From: Clostridia bacterium
GTDB lineage: Bacteria > Bacillota > Clostridia > Oscillospirales > Acutalibacteraceae
Assembly: GCA_017435385.1 (NCBI GenBank)
Contig: JAFSFB010000020.1
Location: forward strand, 5,251 to 69,250
Length of the DNA stretch: 64,000 nucleotides
Reading direction: 5' to 3'
In this document: in pieces, positions 36,548-46,500 of the stretch
Layout of the letters: each line of letters starts with the position of its first letter
Numbering within the stretch: the first letter of the stretch is position 1
Translations under genes and position numbers: made by a program
The notes under the pieces: generated by a model
Told to the model about the DNA's origin: nothing
Database searches by the model: none
Seen by the model: the letters and a program-made list of their open reading frames with translations, nothing else

Positions 36548-38032
36548 ATGCTGAAAAAAACCGTTTCTGTTTTTATGGCAATTCTGATGGCTGTTTCCTG
36601 CTTTGCGCTTACTGCCTCATCCGCAAATGAAGCATCGGAAACAGTTAAGGAATATGTTATTGACAATCCTTATGAAAACATTAAGTGGGATGAATGGAAG
36701 GCTTATAAAACTCAGCTCCATTGTCACACTAACGCAAGCGACGGTTTCATGAATATTCATGAATTCGTTCAGGCTTATTATGATATGAACTATGATATCG
36801 TTGCTCTTACTGACCACGGCACTCTCAACAGAGGCTGGAATGTTGCACCCGATATCGTTCCTCTTATGAGAATAATCAAAGCCGAAAGAACAAATAACAA
36901 CGAACCCATCAATCCTCTTACCGATGAGGAATATAACGGCTATATTAAGGGTACAGCCGAGTCTGAGTCGAGAACGCATGAAAACGGCATGCTTGATGTT
37001 CCTCTCGGCAACGAGCTGAATATGGCAACTCCGTTTGCGGACTGCCATCTGACGGGTTATTTCGCTGAGTACGGTCAGGGCCTTGCAGGCGTTTACGGCG
37101 ACTATGAAACTCCCTCAAAGGGCGTTATGGAAAACGGCGGAATCTCGATGCTCTCTCATGTCGGCGAATATGTTTATACCGATAAGGATTCCGAAAATTG
37201 GGTAGGTATGCCCGTTGACGATTATTATGCAACGAAATTTGCCCGTCTTTTCATGGACTATGCAGGCTCAAGCGTCGGCATGGGCATCAACAGCGCAACC
37301 GATGCTCATACGAGATGCGACCGAATCCTCTATGACCAGGTGCTTCAGAAAACCATTCCCAACGGTGTTGTTCCGTGGTCATTCACTTTCTCTGATTCAC
37401 ACGATAAGCAATCCGTTAATTTTGCATATACGATGCATTATATGCCTGAGCTGACTGAAGAAGCGTTCAGAAACAGCATGGTAAACGGTGAACTTTTCTC
37501 GATTACTCATTATTCAAACGGCGTTGAGCTCAACGGTATGAAAGAGATGCCGAACTTCGTTGAGAAAGAAGTTGAGGATTCCAAGAGCTATCTTCTTGAC
37601 AATACACCCATGGTTACAAGAGTGACCGTTGACGAGGAAAACGACACCATTTCAATTGAAGGAACGAATTTCAATGAAATAACATGGGTTTCAAATACAA
37701 ATGTTATTCTTCGTGAAAGCAATATTACTGACGGTAAGGCAACGCTTGACCTTCATTCCGCTGAGCTTCTCAATGAGCCCTATCTTTATGTCAGATTCTA
37801 TATCACGGGCGAAAACGGAATCTGCTATTCCCAGCCCTTCGTTCTGAATGTTGAGGGTGAAGAGTTTGATCCCGTTGATGTTCCCGATGTCGTCATCGAT
37901 CTTCCCTGGTTCCTTCGCAAGCTCGTAACCGTTGTCGACTGGATATTCTTCAGGTTTAATCCCATAATCTGGATATTCAAATATTATGCTCTCGGCTACA
38001 GTGTATTTGACAGATTTTTTAATCCGTTTTAA
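36548..38032 (+). CDS. Secreted PHP-domain metal-dependent phosphoesterase (paralog 2)
   Basis: Signal peptide. PHP motifs are QLHCHTNASDG, LTDHGT, LSHVGEY and SATDAHT. Length and architecture match the gene at 2160-3650. The C-terminus is an aromatic tail. Confidence 0.75.
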   Translation: MLKKTVSVFMAILMAVSCFALTASSANEASETVKEYVIDNPYENIKWDEWKAYKTQLHCHTNASDGFMNIHEFVQAYYDMNYDIVALTDHGTLNRGWNVAPDIVPLMRIIKAERTNNNEPINPLTDEEYNGYIKGTAESESRTHENGMLDVPLGNELNMATPFADCHLTGYFAEYGQGLAGVYGDYETPSKGVMENGGISMLSHVGEYVYTDKDSENWVGMPVDDYYATKFARLFMDYAGSSVGMGINSATDAHTRCDRILYDQVLQKTIPNGVVPWSFTFSDSHDKQSVNFAYTMHYMPELTEEAFRNSMVNGELFSITHYSNGVELNGMKEMPNFVEKEVEDSKSYLLDNTPMVTRVTVDEENDTISIEGTNFNEITWVSNTNVILRESNITDGKATLDLHSAELLNEPYLYVRFYITGENGICYSQPFVLNVEGEEFDPVDVPDVVIDLPWFLRKLVTVVDWIFFRFNPIIWIFKYYALGYSVFDRFFNPF

Positions 38033-38052
38033 AATTCAGTTCTGATTGAAAA

Positions 38053-38087
38053 AAAGAGATAAACCCGACAAAAGGGTTTATCTCTTT
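38053..38087. terminator. Bidirectional intrinsic terminator
   Basis: AAAGAGATAAACCC-gacaaaa-GGGTTTATCTCTTT. Confidence 0.85.
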
Positions 38088-38095
38088 TGACATTT

Positions 38096-38671
38096 TTATT
38101 TATAAAAACCGTAGCAAAGCTCAAGAAGAGTTGAGATTTTTTCAGCGAGCTCATTCGGAGAACAGTCGATTCTTCCCTGAAGCCACGCTATGATAACTTC
38201 CTTTACGCCATAGGTTGTAAATGTGAGGTAAACGTTTGCCGAATTTTCATTCTTTGTTTTGTCTTTTTCAAGAAGCTTTGAAAAAGTCTGAGAATAATAA
38301 ATGTCAACGATCCGGCTCAGATAGTTATTCAGAAAGCATGATTGAATGAGATTTCCGTAATATTCAAAATCGTTATAAAGATAATTGAAAATAGCCGAAA
38401 GAAAAGCATTGGTGCTGTCAACGCCGCTGTTTTCTGTCTGAGCGAGATTGACAAGGTTGACAAGCTTTTTGACCTCTTCGGTTTCGATTTGCTCAACAAC
38501 GCTCTGAATGTCAGGAAAATGTGCGTAAAAAGTACCTCTGCTGATATCGGCTTCTCTGATAACATCGGAAACGGTTATCTTTGAAAGCTCTTTTTCGTGA
38601 ATCAGCTTTGCGACTGCTTTTTTAATCAGATTTTTTGATCTGATAGAGCTTCTGTATTCTGCTTTTGCCAT
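38096..38671 (-). CDS. TetR/AcrR family transcriptional regulator
   Basis: HTH ITVSDVIREADISRGTFYAHFPD. 191 aa. It is divergent from the downstream operon. Confidence 0.85.
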   Translation of the reverse strand: MAKAEYRSSIRSKNLIKKAVAKLIHEKELSKITVSDVIREADISRGTFYAHFPDIQSVVEQIETEEVKKLVNLVNLAQTENSGVDSTNAFLSAIFNYLYNDFEYYGNLIQSCFLNNYLSRIVDIYYSQTFSKLLEKDKTKNENSANVYLTFTTYGVKEVIIAWLQGRIDCSPNELAEKISTLLELCYGFYK

Positions 38672-38800
38672 AATATTTCTTTCTCCCCAAAATGTTATAG
38701 AAATAATTTACCTTAATTTTTTTAAATTGTCAATTAAGAATTTGTTAAAATTATTAAACTTAAATAAATTTATAATTACCTAACTTATTTTGTAAACTTG

Positions 38801-38829
38801 TTGACTGTATTTTTATTCAATGATATAAT
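38801..38829 (+). promoter_or_regulatory. SigmaA-type promoter of the TIM-barrel/rlmA/GH27/MPE operon
   Basis: TTGACT, a 17-nt spacer, then TATAAT. Confidence 0.6.
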
Positions 38830-38860
38830 TGATATCAACATTAAGAAAGAAGGCATTTAC

Positions 38861-39724
38861 ATGAAATTAGTTGCTCACACCGAAGCTGTCAGCCCCAGAC
38901 TCGGGGATGAAGCTGCCGTTCGCATTATTTGCGAAAGCGGATTTGACGGAATTGATTATTCTATGTTTTTTATGGATGAGGATGATAACATTCTTGAAAG
39001 AGAAAACTTCAGAAAGCATGTTAAAAATCTTCGCAACATGGCGGCAGTTTACGGCGTGACTTTTGAGCAGGCTCATGCTCCGTTTCCTTCAATGAGAGAA
39101 GGGAATGACGAATATAACAAAAAGCTTGATTATAAGCTCAAGAGAGCTCTTGAGGTTGCAGGCATGCTTGACGCAAAGATCTGCGTTGTTCATCCCGTTC
39201 AGTTTTCAACCGACCAGAAGGCAAGAAATATCGAGCTTTATAAAAATCTTGAACCTTATGCCCGTGATTTCGGTGTTAAAATCGCTCTTGAAAACATGTG
39301 GGGCAGGGATGCAGACCGTATTGTTCCCAATGTTTGCAGCGTTGCTTCCGAGTTCAATGATTATTTTGATTCTCTTGAGTCGGATGCTTTTACATGCTGT
39401 CTTGATCTTGGTCATTGCGGTCTTGTCGGTGAGGATGCCGCTTCGATGATCCGTGAAATGGGCAACCGCCGTCTCGGAGCTCTTCATGTTCATGACAACG
39501 ATCATCTTCATGACAGTCATACTCTGCCTTATCTGATGAAAATGGATTGGGATTCCATTCTTAAAGCACTCGGAGAAATCGACTATAAAGGTCATTTTAC
39601 ATATGAAGCTGCAAATTTTGTTTCAGGCTTTCCCGAGGATCTTATTCCTGCCTGCATGAGATTTGCTCACGATGTCGGCAGAAGCATGATGAGAAAAGTT
39701 GAGAAATACAGGGTAATAAAATGA
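38861..39724 (+). CDS. Sugar phosphate isomerase/epimerase (xylose-isomerase-like TIM barrel)
   Basis: FDGIDYS, FEQAHAPF, KIALENMWG, LDLGHC and LHVHDN metal-site pattern. Start is at MKLVAHT. Confidence 0.75.
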   Translation: MKLVAHTEAVSPRLGDEAAVRIICESGFDGIDYSMFFMDEDDNILERENFRKHVKNLRNMAAVYGVTFEQAHAPFPSMREGNDEYNKKLDYKLKRALEVAGMLDAKICVVHPVQFSTDQKARNIELYKNLEPYARDFGVKIALENMWGRDADRIVPNVCSVASEFNDYFDSLESDAFTCCLDLGHCGLVGEDAASMIREMGNRRLGALHVHDNDHLHDSHTLPYLMKMDWDSILKALGEIDYKGHFTYEAANFVSGFPEDLIPACMRFAHDVGRSMMRKVEKYRVIK

Positions 39725-40542
39725 TTGGATTTAACTGTCCCGTTTGCGGCGGAGAGCTGAATAATAACGGGAAGAGCTTTGTCTGTGAGCTCGGTCATTG
39801 TTTTGATATATCAAAATTCGGTTATGTCAATCTTCTCATGTCATCCAAATCTTCGGCAAAAAGACACGGTGATGACCGATTGATGGTCAGAGCGAGAAGG
39901 GATTTTCTCGATAAAGGATATTATTCGTTTCTGCTCGATAATATCTGCGAAATCTGCGAGAAGATTGTTGCTGACGGCTCGGTCATTCTCGATGCGGGCT
40001 GCGGCGAATGCTATTATTCATCAAACATCCGGAAGCATCTTGAAGGCTGCGGAATTAATGCTCATTTTTTCGGTGTCGATATTTCCAAGGATGCGCTTGA
40101 ATTCGCATTTAAAAGAAATAGCGGAGTTGCAACGGCGGTCGGGAGCGTGTTTTCGTTACCGTTTGCCGAATCGTCAGTCGATGTTCTTCTCAATCTGTTT
40201 TCGCCCGAGGCATTTGATGAATATAACCGTGTGCTGAAAAAAGGCGGTTTTCTGATAAGAGTCGTTCCGCTTGAAAAGCATCTTTTCGGTCTGAAAAAGG
40301 CGGTTTATGATAATCCGTATCTCAATGAACATATTCCTCATGAGATCGACGGATTTGTTTTTGAAAATGAAATTATTATCAATAAAATTATTGAGCTTTC
40401 TTCAAATGAAGACATTATGAATCTTTTCAGAATGACTCCGTATTATTACAAAACGGGAATCAACGATCAGAAGAAGCTTGAAAAAATCGATCATCTGATA
40501 ACCGAAGCAGAGTTCGGAATAAGGATATACAGAAAGGGTTAA
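39721..40542 (+). CDS. rlmA: 23S rRNA (guanine-N1)-methyltransferase RlmA-like
   Basis: N-terminal Zn finger CPVCGGEL...FVCELGHCFDISKFGYVNLL and SAM motif ILDAGCGECYY. ATGA overlap with the upstream gene. Confidence 0.75.
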   Translation: MIGFNCPVCGGELNNNGKSFVCELGHCFDISKFGYVNLLMSSKSSAKRHGDDRLMVRARRDFLDKGYYSFLLDNICEICEKIVADGSVILDAGCGECYYSSNIRKHLEGCGINAHFFGVDISKDALEFAFKRNSGVATAVGSVFSLPFAESSVDVLLNLFSPEAFDEYNRVLKKGGFLIRVVPLEKHLFGLKKAVYDNPYLNEHIPHEIDGFVFENEIIINKIIELSSNEDIMNLFRMTPYYYKTGINDQKKLEKIDHLITEAEFGIRIYRKG

Positions 40543-40546
40543 TGTT

Positions 40547-41854
40547 ATGCACAGAAGACTTGCACCTACTCCTCCCATGGGCTGGAACAGCTGGGACTGC
40601 TACGGAGCGGCAGTCAATGAGGAACAGCTTATTGCGAACGCAGTTTATATGGCTGAAAATCTGAAGGATTACGGCTGGGAATATATCGTCTGCGACATCC
40701 AATGGTATGAGCCGACGGCAGACTGTTATTATTATCATAATTTTGTTCCGCTTTGCATGGACGAATATTCGAGACTTATTCCCTCTGTTGAGCGTTTTCC
40801 CTCTTCGGCAGGAGGAATGGGCTTTAAGCCGATTGCGGACTATATCCATTCTCTCGGACTCAAGTTTGGCATTCATATCATGAGAGGTATTCCGAGGCAG
40901 GCGGTTCATTCTGCATCGCCCATAAAGTCAAACGGAAAGACCGCAAGAGATATTGCTCTTCAGTTTTCGGTCTGCCCGTGGAACACCGATATGTACGGTG
41001 TTAATTACAAAGCCGACGGTGCTCAGGATTATTACGATTCTATTTTTGAACTGTATGCTTCCTGGGGTGTTGATTTCGTTAAATGCGACGATATTTCCAA
41101 CACGGAGTTTCTGAAGGACGATCCCTATTCGGCAAGAAAAGAAATCGAAATGATCCGTAAAGCTATAGATAAATGCGGCAGAGATATCGTGCTGAGTCTT
41201 TCACCCGGACCCGCACCCGTTTGGGAACATGAGCATCTTGCGGCGAATGCCAATATGTGGCGTATGACGGGCGATTTCTGGGATTCATGGGATAAGCTTT
41301 ATGCCATGTTTGAACGATGCCATGCATGGGAGAGCTATGTTCAGCAGGGGGCATGGCCCGACTGCGACATGCTTCCTCTCGGCAGAATTCAGCTCACCGA
41401 AAAGCTGATCGAATACCGAGGCCGTTATACAAGATTTACCCGTGATGAGCAGATAACAATGATGACTCTCTGGGGGATATTCCGCTCTCCGCTTATGATG
41501 GGCGGCGAAATGAGAGATAACGATGAATTCACGCTCTCACTCCTTCAGAATGCCGAGCTCATTGACATGCTGAAAAATTCCTGCGGTGCAAGACAGTTCA
41601 GCAGAATTGAAACAGACGGCAAGGGAGAGATCATCTGGGTATCAAAGGGCGAAAACTGCAAATATGTTGCATTCTTCAATACCGATGATGAGGTCAGAGA
41701 AATTGAATTTGATGTTACGGATTTTGCCATGGACGGATATGACTACGGCATATGGGATATGTGGCTTCACAAGGAAATTGATGTAACTCCCGACAAATTC
41801 TACGCAAATGTCAACAGCCACGGAGCAAGACTCTTCAAAATATATATGAAATAA
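40547..41854 (+). CDS. Alpha-galactosidase-like glycoside hydrolase (GH27-type), no signal peptide
   Basis: PPMGWNSWDCYG N-terminal motif and DFVKCDD nucleophile region. Confidence 0.7.
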   Translation: MHRRLAPTPPMGWNSWDCYGAAVNEEQLIANAVYMAENLKDYGWEYIVCDIQWYEPTADCYYYHNFVPLCMDEYSRLIPSVERFPSSAGGMGFKPIADYIHSLGLKFGIHIMRGIPRQAVHSASPIKSNGKTARDIALQFSVCPWNTDMYGVNYKADGAQDYYDSIFELYASWGVDFVKCDDISNTEFLKDDPYSARKEIEMIRKAIDKCGRDIVLSLSPGPAPVWEHEHLAANANMWRMTGDFWDSWDKLYAMFERCHAWESYVQQGAWPDCDMLPLGRIQLTEKLIEYRGRYTRFTRDEQITMMTLWGIFRSPLMMGGEMRDNDEFTLSLLQNAELIDMLKNSCGARQFSRIETDGKGEIIWVSKGENCKYVAFFNTDDEVREIEFDVTDFAMDGYDYGIWDMWLHKEIDVTPDKFYANVNSHGARLFKIYMK

Positions 41855-41866
41855 GAAGGTTTTTTA

Positions 41867-43492
41867 ATGGACAGAACACCTAACTACAGATTTGCAACCG
41901 AGAAACCCGATCATATCATGGTCAGTATTTCGGGCGATGCAAGGACATCAATGACCGTAACATGGCGTGCCTGCTCCGATATTGTCGATGGCTATATTGA
42001 AGTTTACGAAAAAGACGGAGAAAAGACGAGATTCGATGCTGTTGTAAAGCCGTTTAAAAGCGATGTCAATGTCAGCAATATTTTCTGGGCAAAGGCTGAT
42101 GGTCTTAAATCGGGAACAAGATATTATTACACATGCGGCGATTCGGTCAACCGAAGCGAGGAGTATTATTTTGATACTCAGGAGGATGATCTGACAAAGT
42201 TCAGATTTATCGTCATTTCCGATCATCAGAAGGACGATGACCATTATGACCCCGATTATTCAAAGCTTAACGCTTTTCTCAAGGATGTTTTGAAGAAGCA
42301 TCCCGATATCAGATTCATTCTGACTGCGGGTGATAACACGAATTGCGGTCAGCACGAGATTCAGTGGAATGCCATGTTTGAAGGCATGAAGGGAATCATT
42401 GAGCATGTGCCTTACATGATGTGCTGCGGTAATCACGATAACAGAGGCTTCAGAGAGTATTTCCCCGATGAAGTTGACAGATATTATGCCGAGCCTGCAG
42501 AATTCTTTAATACACAGCTTGAATATTCATACCCCAAAAACGGTCCTGAAGGCTGGCAGACCGAGAACTATTCTTTTGATTACGGTAACGCACACTTTGT
42601 TGTTTTCGGAGTAAATGAGCCCGAGCTTGTCAATGATTGGGCTGCTGAGGATATTGATAAATGCGGAAAAACCTGGAAGCTCGGTTCATACCATTTCCCG
42701 ATCTATTATTCGGGTCCCAATCTTGCGAATGATGATGCTTATCCCATGATGCGTGAGTGCATGGAAAAGCTTGACATTCTTTTTTCGGGTCATGAGCATA
42801 ACTTCTCGAGAAGCTTTCCGATAAAGAACGAAGAGATATTCGATAAGCCCTCGCAGGGTACGGTTCATTATGAGCTTGGTAATGCTCACGCAAATCCTCC
42901 CGGAACAAAGACCTGCGATAAGGTATGGCACAGCTCGTTTTATCCTCAGGAAGAAAGAGTCAGCATGTACGCTCTCGTTGAGATCGACGGAGATAAGATA
43001 TCTCTTGTTGCAAATCTTGACGACGGTAGGATCGCCGATGAATGCCTGATCGATAAATCAAAGGATGAGATCAGACCTTACAGAGTTGCGCCGATTTTCG
43101 GAGAAGGCAGAACGAGAATGTTCTATAAAGGCGTTGACCTCGGTCTTTGCGCCGCCTCAACACCGCCCGTTGAGAAAGACGGAATGTGGTTCCTTCCTTT
43201 TGCTGTCCTTTTCGGCTTTATCGGCGCCGAAGTCAGAAGAGAAAAGGGCAGGGTGTTTGTTTCGCTTTACGGACACCATGCTGAATTTACCGAAGGCAGC
43301 AGCGTTGCTCAGACCGATAAAGGAGAAGTTGATCTCGGTGCCGAGGTTTTCAGAGGCTTGGAGGGTCAGCTTTATATGCCCGTTGATTCTTTATCCAGAA
43401 TTTTCGGTATGAAATGGGCTTATGCGAAAAGAAATAATTTCATAACCGTTGAACATGTTTCGGAGGATCATCCCGTTCCTGTTCAGCCTTGA
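41867..43492 (+). CDS. Purple-acid-phosphatase-like metallophosphoesterase with a C-terminal copper-amine-oxidase-N-like (stalk) domain; no signal peptide
   Basis: PAP N-terminal domain (SMTVTWRA...GTRYYYTC), metallophosphoesterase motifs GDN, GNHD and GHEHN, and a C-terminal stalk-like segment (YMPVDSLSRIFGMKWAY). Confidence 0.7.
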   Translation: MDRTPNYRFATEKPDHIMVSISGDARTSMTVTWRACSDIVDGYIEVYEKDGEKTRFDAVVKPFKSDVNVSNIFWAKADGLKSGTRYYYTCGDSVNRSEEYYFDTQEDDLTKFRFIVISDHQKDDDHYDPDYSKLNAFLKDVLKKHPDIRFILTAGDNTNCGQHEIQWNAMFEGMKGIIEHVPYMMCCGNHDNRGFREYFPDEVDRYYAEPAEFFNTQLEYSYPKNGPEGWQTENYSFDYGNAHFVVFGVNEPELVNDWAAEDIDKCGKTWKLGSYHFPIYYSGPNLANDDAYPMMRECMEKLDILFSGHEHNFSRSFPIKNEEIFDKPSQGTVHYELGNAHANPPGTKTCDKVWHSSFYPQEERVSMYALVEIDGDKISLVANLDDGRIADECLIDKSKDEIRPYRVAPIFGEGRTRMFYKGVDLGLCAASTPPVEKDGMWFLPFAVLFGFIGAEVRREKGRVFVSLYGHHAEFTEGSSVAQTDKGEVDLGAEVFRGLEGQLYMPVDSLSRIFGMKWAYAKRNNFITVEHVSEDHPVPVQP

Positions 43493-43507
43493 CCTTTAAA
43501 ATTTTAA

Positions 43508-43540
43508 GGAGCTGTAAAAACTTTTGTTTTTACAGCTCCT
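43508..43540. terminator. Bidirectional intrinsic terminator
   Basis: AGGAGCTGTAAAAAC-ttt-GTTTTTACAGCTCCT followed by a T-run. Confidence 0.85.
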
Positions 43541-43545
43541 GTTTT

Positions 43546-46500
43546 TTATTGGATTCTGTTTGAGGACACAGCGTACTGTAATAGCCACATTGGTTTGAGA
43601 ATGAATGACAGCAGTTTTTCGAGAATTGTCATTTCACAGTCAACGGTTATATATGCAGTTATAATTTCGCCGTCGGGATTTACGACCTCACCTTTGATGA
43701 CGGCGTTTCCGTCGCCGATACATCTGACATAACCGTTCTTGTTCAGAAGAATAACCTTTTTGTTGTCTGCGCTGCTCCATTTGATTCCCTGATATATTGC
43801 GTTTGAAGGATAGACTGTGTAGCTTAGTTTAGCTCTCTGGAACATCGTCAGATCATCGTCTGTGATGTTAAGGGACAGTCTTTGAACACCGTTATGCTTC
43901 AGATTTGAAATTGCATCGTATATCGCTTTTGTCTGGGCATCAACGGTATCCTGCTCGCATGAATATCTTCCCGAAACATCGACTGAAAGAGCTTCATCAA
44001 GTATATCGATATTGACAAAAAGATTTCTGTCAACGGATTTTGCCGCTTCAACAGCTTTCAGATATTCAGTATAATCGGCAGGCTTTGAGTCCTTAACAAT
44101 AATATCGGAATAGATAACGGCATCTCTGTCAATGTCATGAGAGGTGATTCTGCAATAGTAAAACGGAGCGGTATCCTCGGGAGTGAAGATATATGAGCTT
44201 GAGGTTGCTCCCTTGATCGGTGTTCCGCCCTCCGTTGATTTCTTACCGTTCCAGAACCATTGATATTCAAGGTCAAAACCGATTGCATTAACCGTGACCA
44301 TTTCGCTGTTTTCGGTTATATAATCGGGTATGTCGTTGATAATGAGAGGAATACCGACAAAATTATAATTCTTATATTTGCAGTATCTTTCGATATATGT
44401 TCCCGGCGTGCCGTAAACAATGAGATTTTCTGCGGTATGCTGAGATTCAACAAATTCGTTTGAAAGAATTATGCCGCTGTCAGAGGGAAGACTCTTTGTT
44501 GAAACAAGGCTTCTTGCATCAACCGCCGTGATCCTGCAGTTGTTGAATGCATATTCGCTGACATACCTGATGCTTCTCAGGTCAACATAATAGACTGATT
44601 TACAGTTATAGAATGTGTTTGGCTGAAGCTCAGTTGCGCCGTTTAGATATACATATTCAATTTTGGGGCATCTTGTGAACATCATATAGAGTCCCTTTTC
44701 AAGCTTGGGAGCATAAAACAGAGTGAGGTTTTGCGGGAAAAGGGGAGCTTCGGATTGATTGGTATATGCTTCTTCCTCAAAGCTCTCAAGCGAGTCAAGA
44801 TAGAGATAGTCAAGCGATTCGCAATTTGAAAAAGCGTTTGACCAGACAAGGGTTGCTTTGGGTATATCAACAAGTTCGAGATTGACACAGTTTTCAAATG
44901 CGTTCGATTCAACTCTTACAGCATCGGGCATATGAGCATGTTCAAGCATTTCACAGGTGCTGAACGCACCGTTGGGAATAACGGACAAGCCCTTCAGCAT
45001 TACTTCTCTGAGAGAAGTAAGCCCTTTGAAGGCACCGTCATCAATTTCGTTTATCTCGGCAAAATCTATGTTTACGAGAGCGTTGCATTCAGAAAAGGCG
45101 TTTTTGCCGAGAGTCACGGCAACATCGATCTCCGCTTCTGAAAGAGCGCTGCCCATGAATGCACCTTCAGGAATGAGGTTGAGATTCTTTATGTTGAGTG
45201 AAAACGAGCTCTCTCTTATCTCAAAAGCCTTGCTGCATACTTTATATAATGCATATTCACCGATTGACCTTATATCGCCAAAATAAATATTCTTGAGCCA
45301 TATGCAATTATAAAATGCTCTGTCGCCGATATCGGTAACTCCCTTGGCCATAACGGTTTTCAGTTTCGGATTTTCGGCAAAGCTTTCTGTTCCGACGCTT
45401 GTAACGGTTTCGGGAAGAATTGCTTCGGTCAGATTTCTGTTTTTGAAAACGCCGTCGGCAATTCCCGTTACGGTTATTCCGTTTACCTTTTCGGGTATCG
45501 AAATGCTTCCGGCTGAACCGAGATAAGCGGTTATAATTCCGTTTTCATCGATGATCAGCTCGTTTTCATTAATATAAGGAGCTACGATGGCTGAAAAGTC
45601 GGCAATCGATGAACGGTTATATCCGTCAGCGTATGCTGCGGCTAAAATTTTTGTTGTTTTGTCAACTCTGATAGGTGCAGTATAGATTATTGAGTTGGGA
45701 TTTGATTTGCTCGGCAAGGATTCATCGGTTGTATAATAAATAACTGAGTCGGGAGTTCCGCAGGAAATAGTAAGATCGAATTCGTTTTTATAAATTGCCG
45801 TTGTATGAGAAAATTCAGGCTCTTCAACCTTTGCTGTCTGGCTCATCGCCTGAATTGACGGAGCGTTCAGAATTCCTGCTCCGAGATATATTTTCGAAGA
45901 AGGCTCAAACGATCCGACTGCAGTGTCGGTAATAATATCAAGAACATCCTCTGCGGAAGCGTTCGGATTAACGCTGAGAATTACGACAGCAACGGCGGCA
46001 ACGAGAGGGGAAGCAAGAGATGTTCCGGAGCCGACAAAATATCCGTTTTTGAGCGTCGTTGTCATTATTGAAACGCCGGGAGCAGAAATTGTAATGTTTC
46101 CGTAGTTACTGAAGTTTGCGGCAACATTACGGTTGTTGATGGCGGCAACTCTTATGACATGATCGTAGCTTGACGGATAAAGAGGGTTATCAGTATTGTC
46201 ATTTCCCGCCGCTGAAACAACAACGATATCATGCTCGTTTGCGTTTTTGATTGCAGCTTCAAGAACCTCCGAGCCTTCATAAAAACCGACGCTGATGTTT
46301 ATGACATCTGCTTTATCTTTTACTGCACAGTTGATTCCCGCCGCAAGAGTGACGGTGGTTCCGTTGCCGTGTTTATTCAGAACCTTATAAGGTCTGATGA
46401 TTACATTTTCGAGGGTTGCGTCAACAATAACTCCTGCAACCTCCGTGCCGTGACCGTTGTCATCCATTGACGAGTTTCTGGTTCCCGAATCGCTTGTGTT

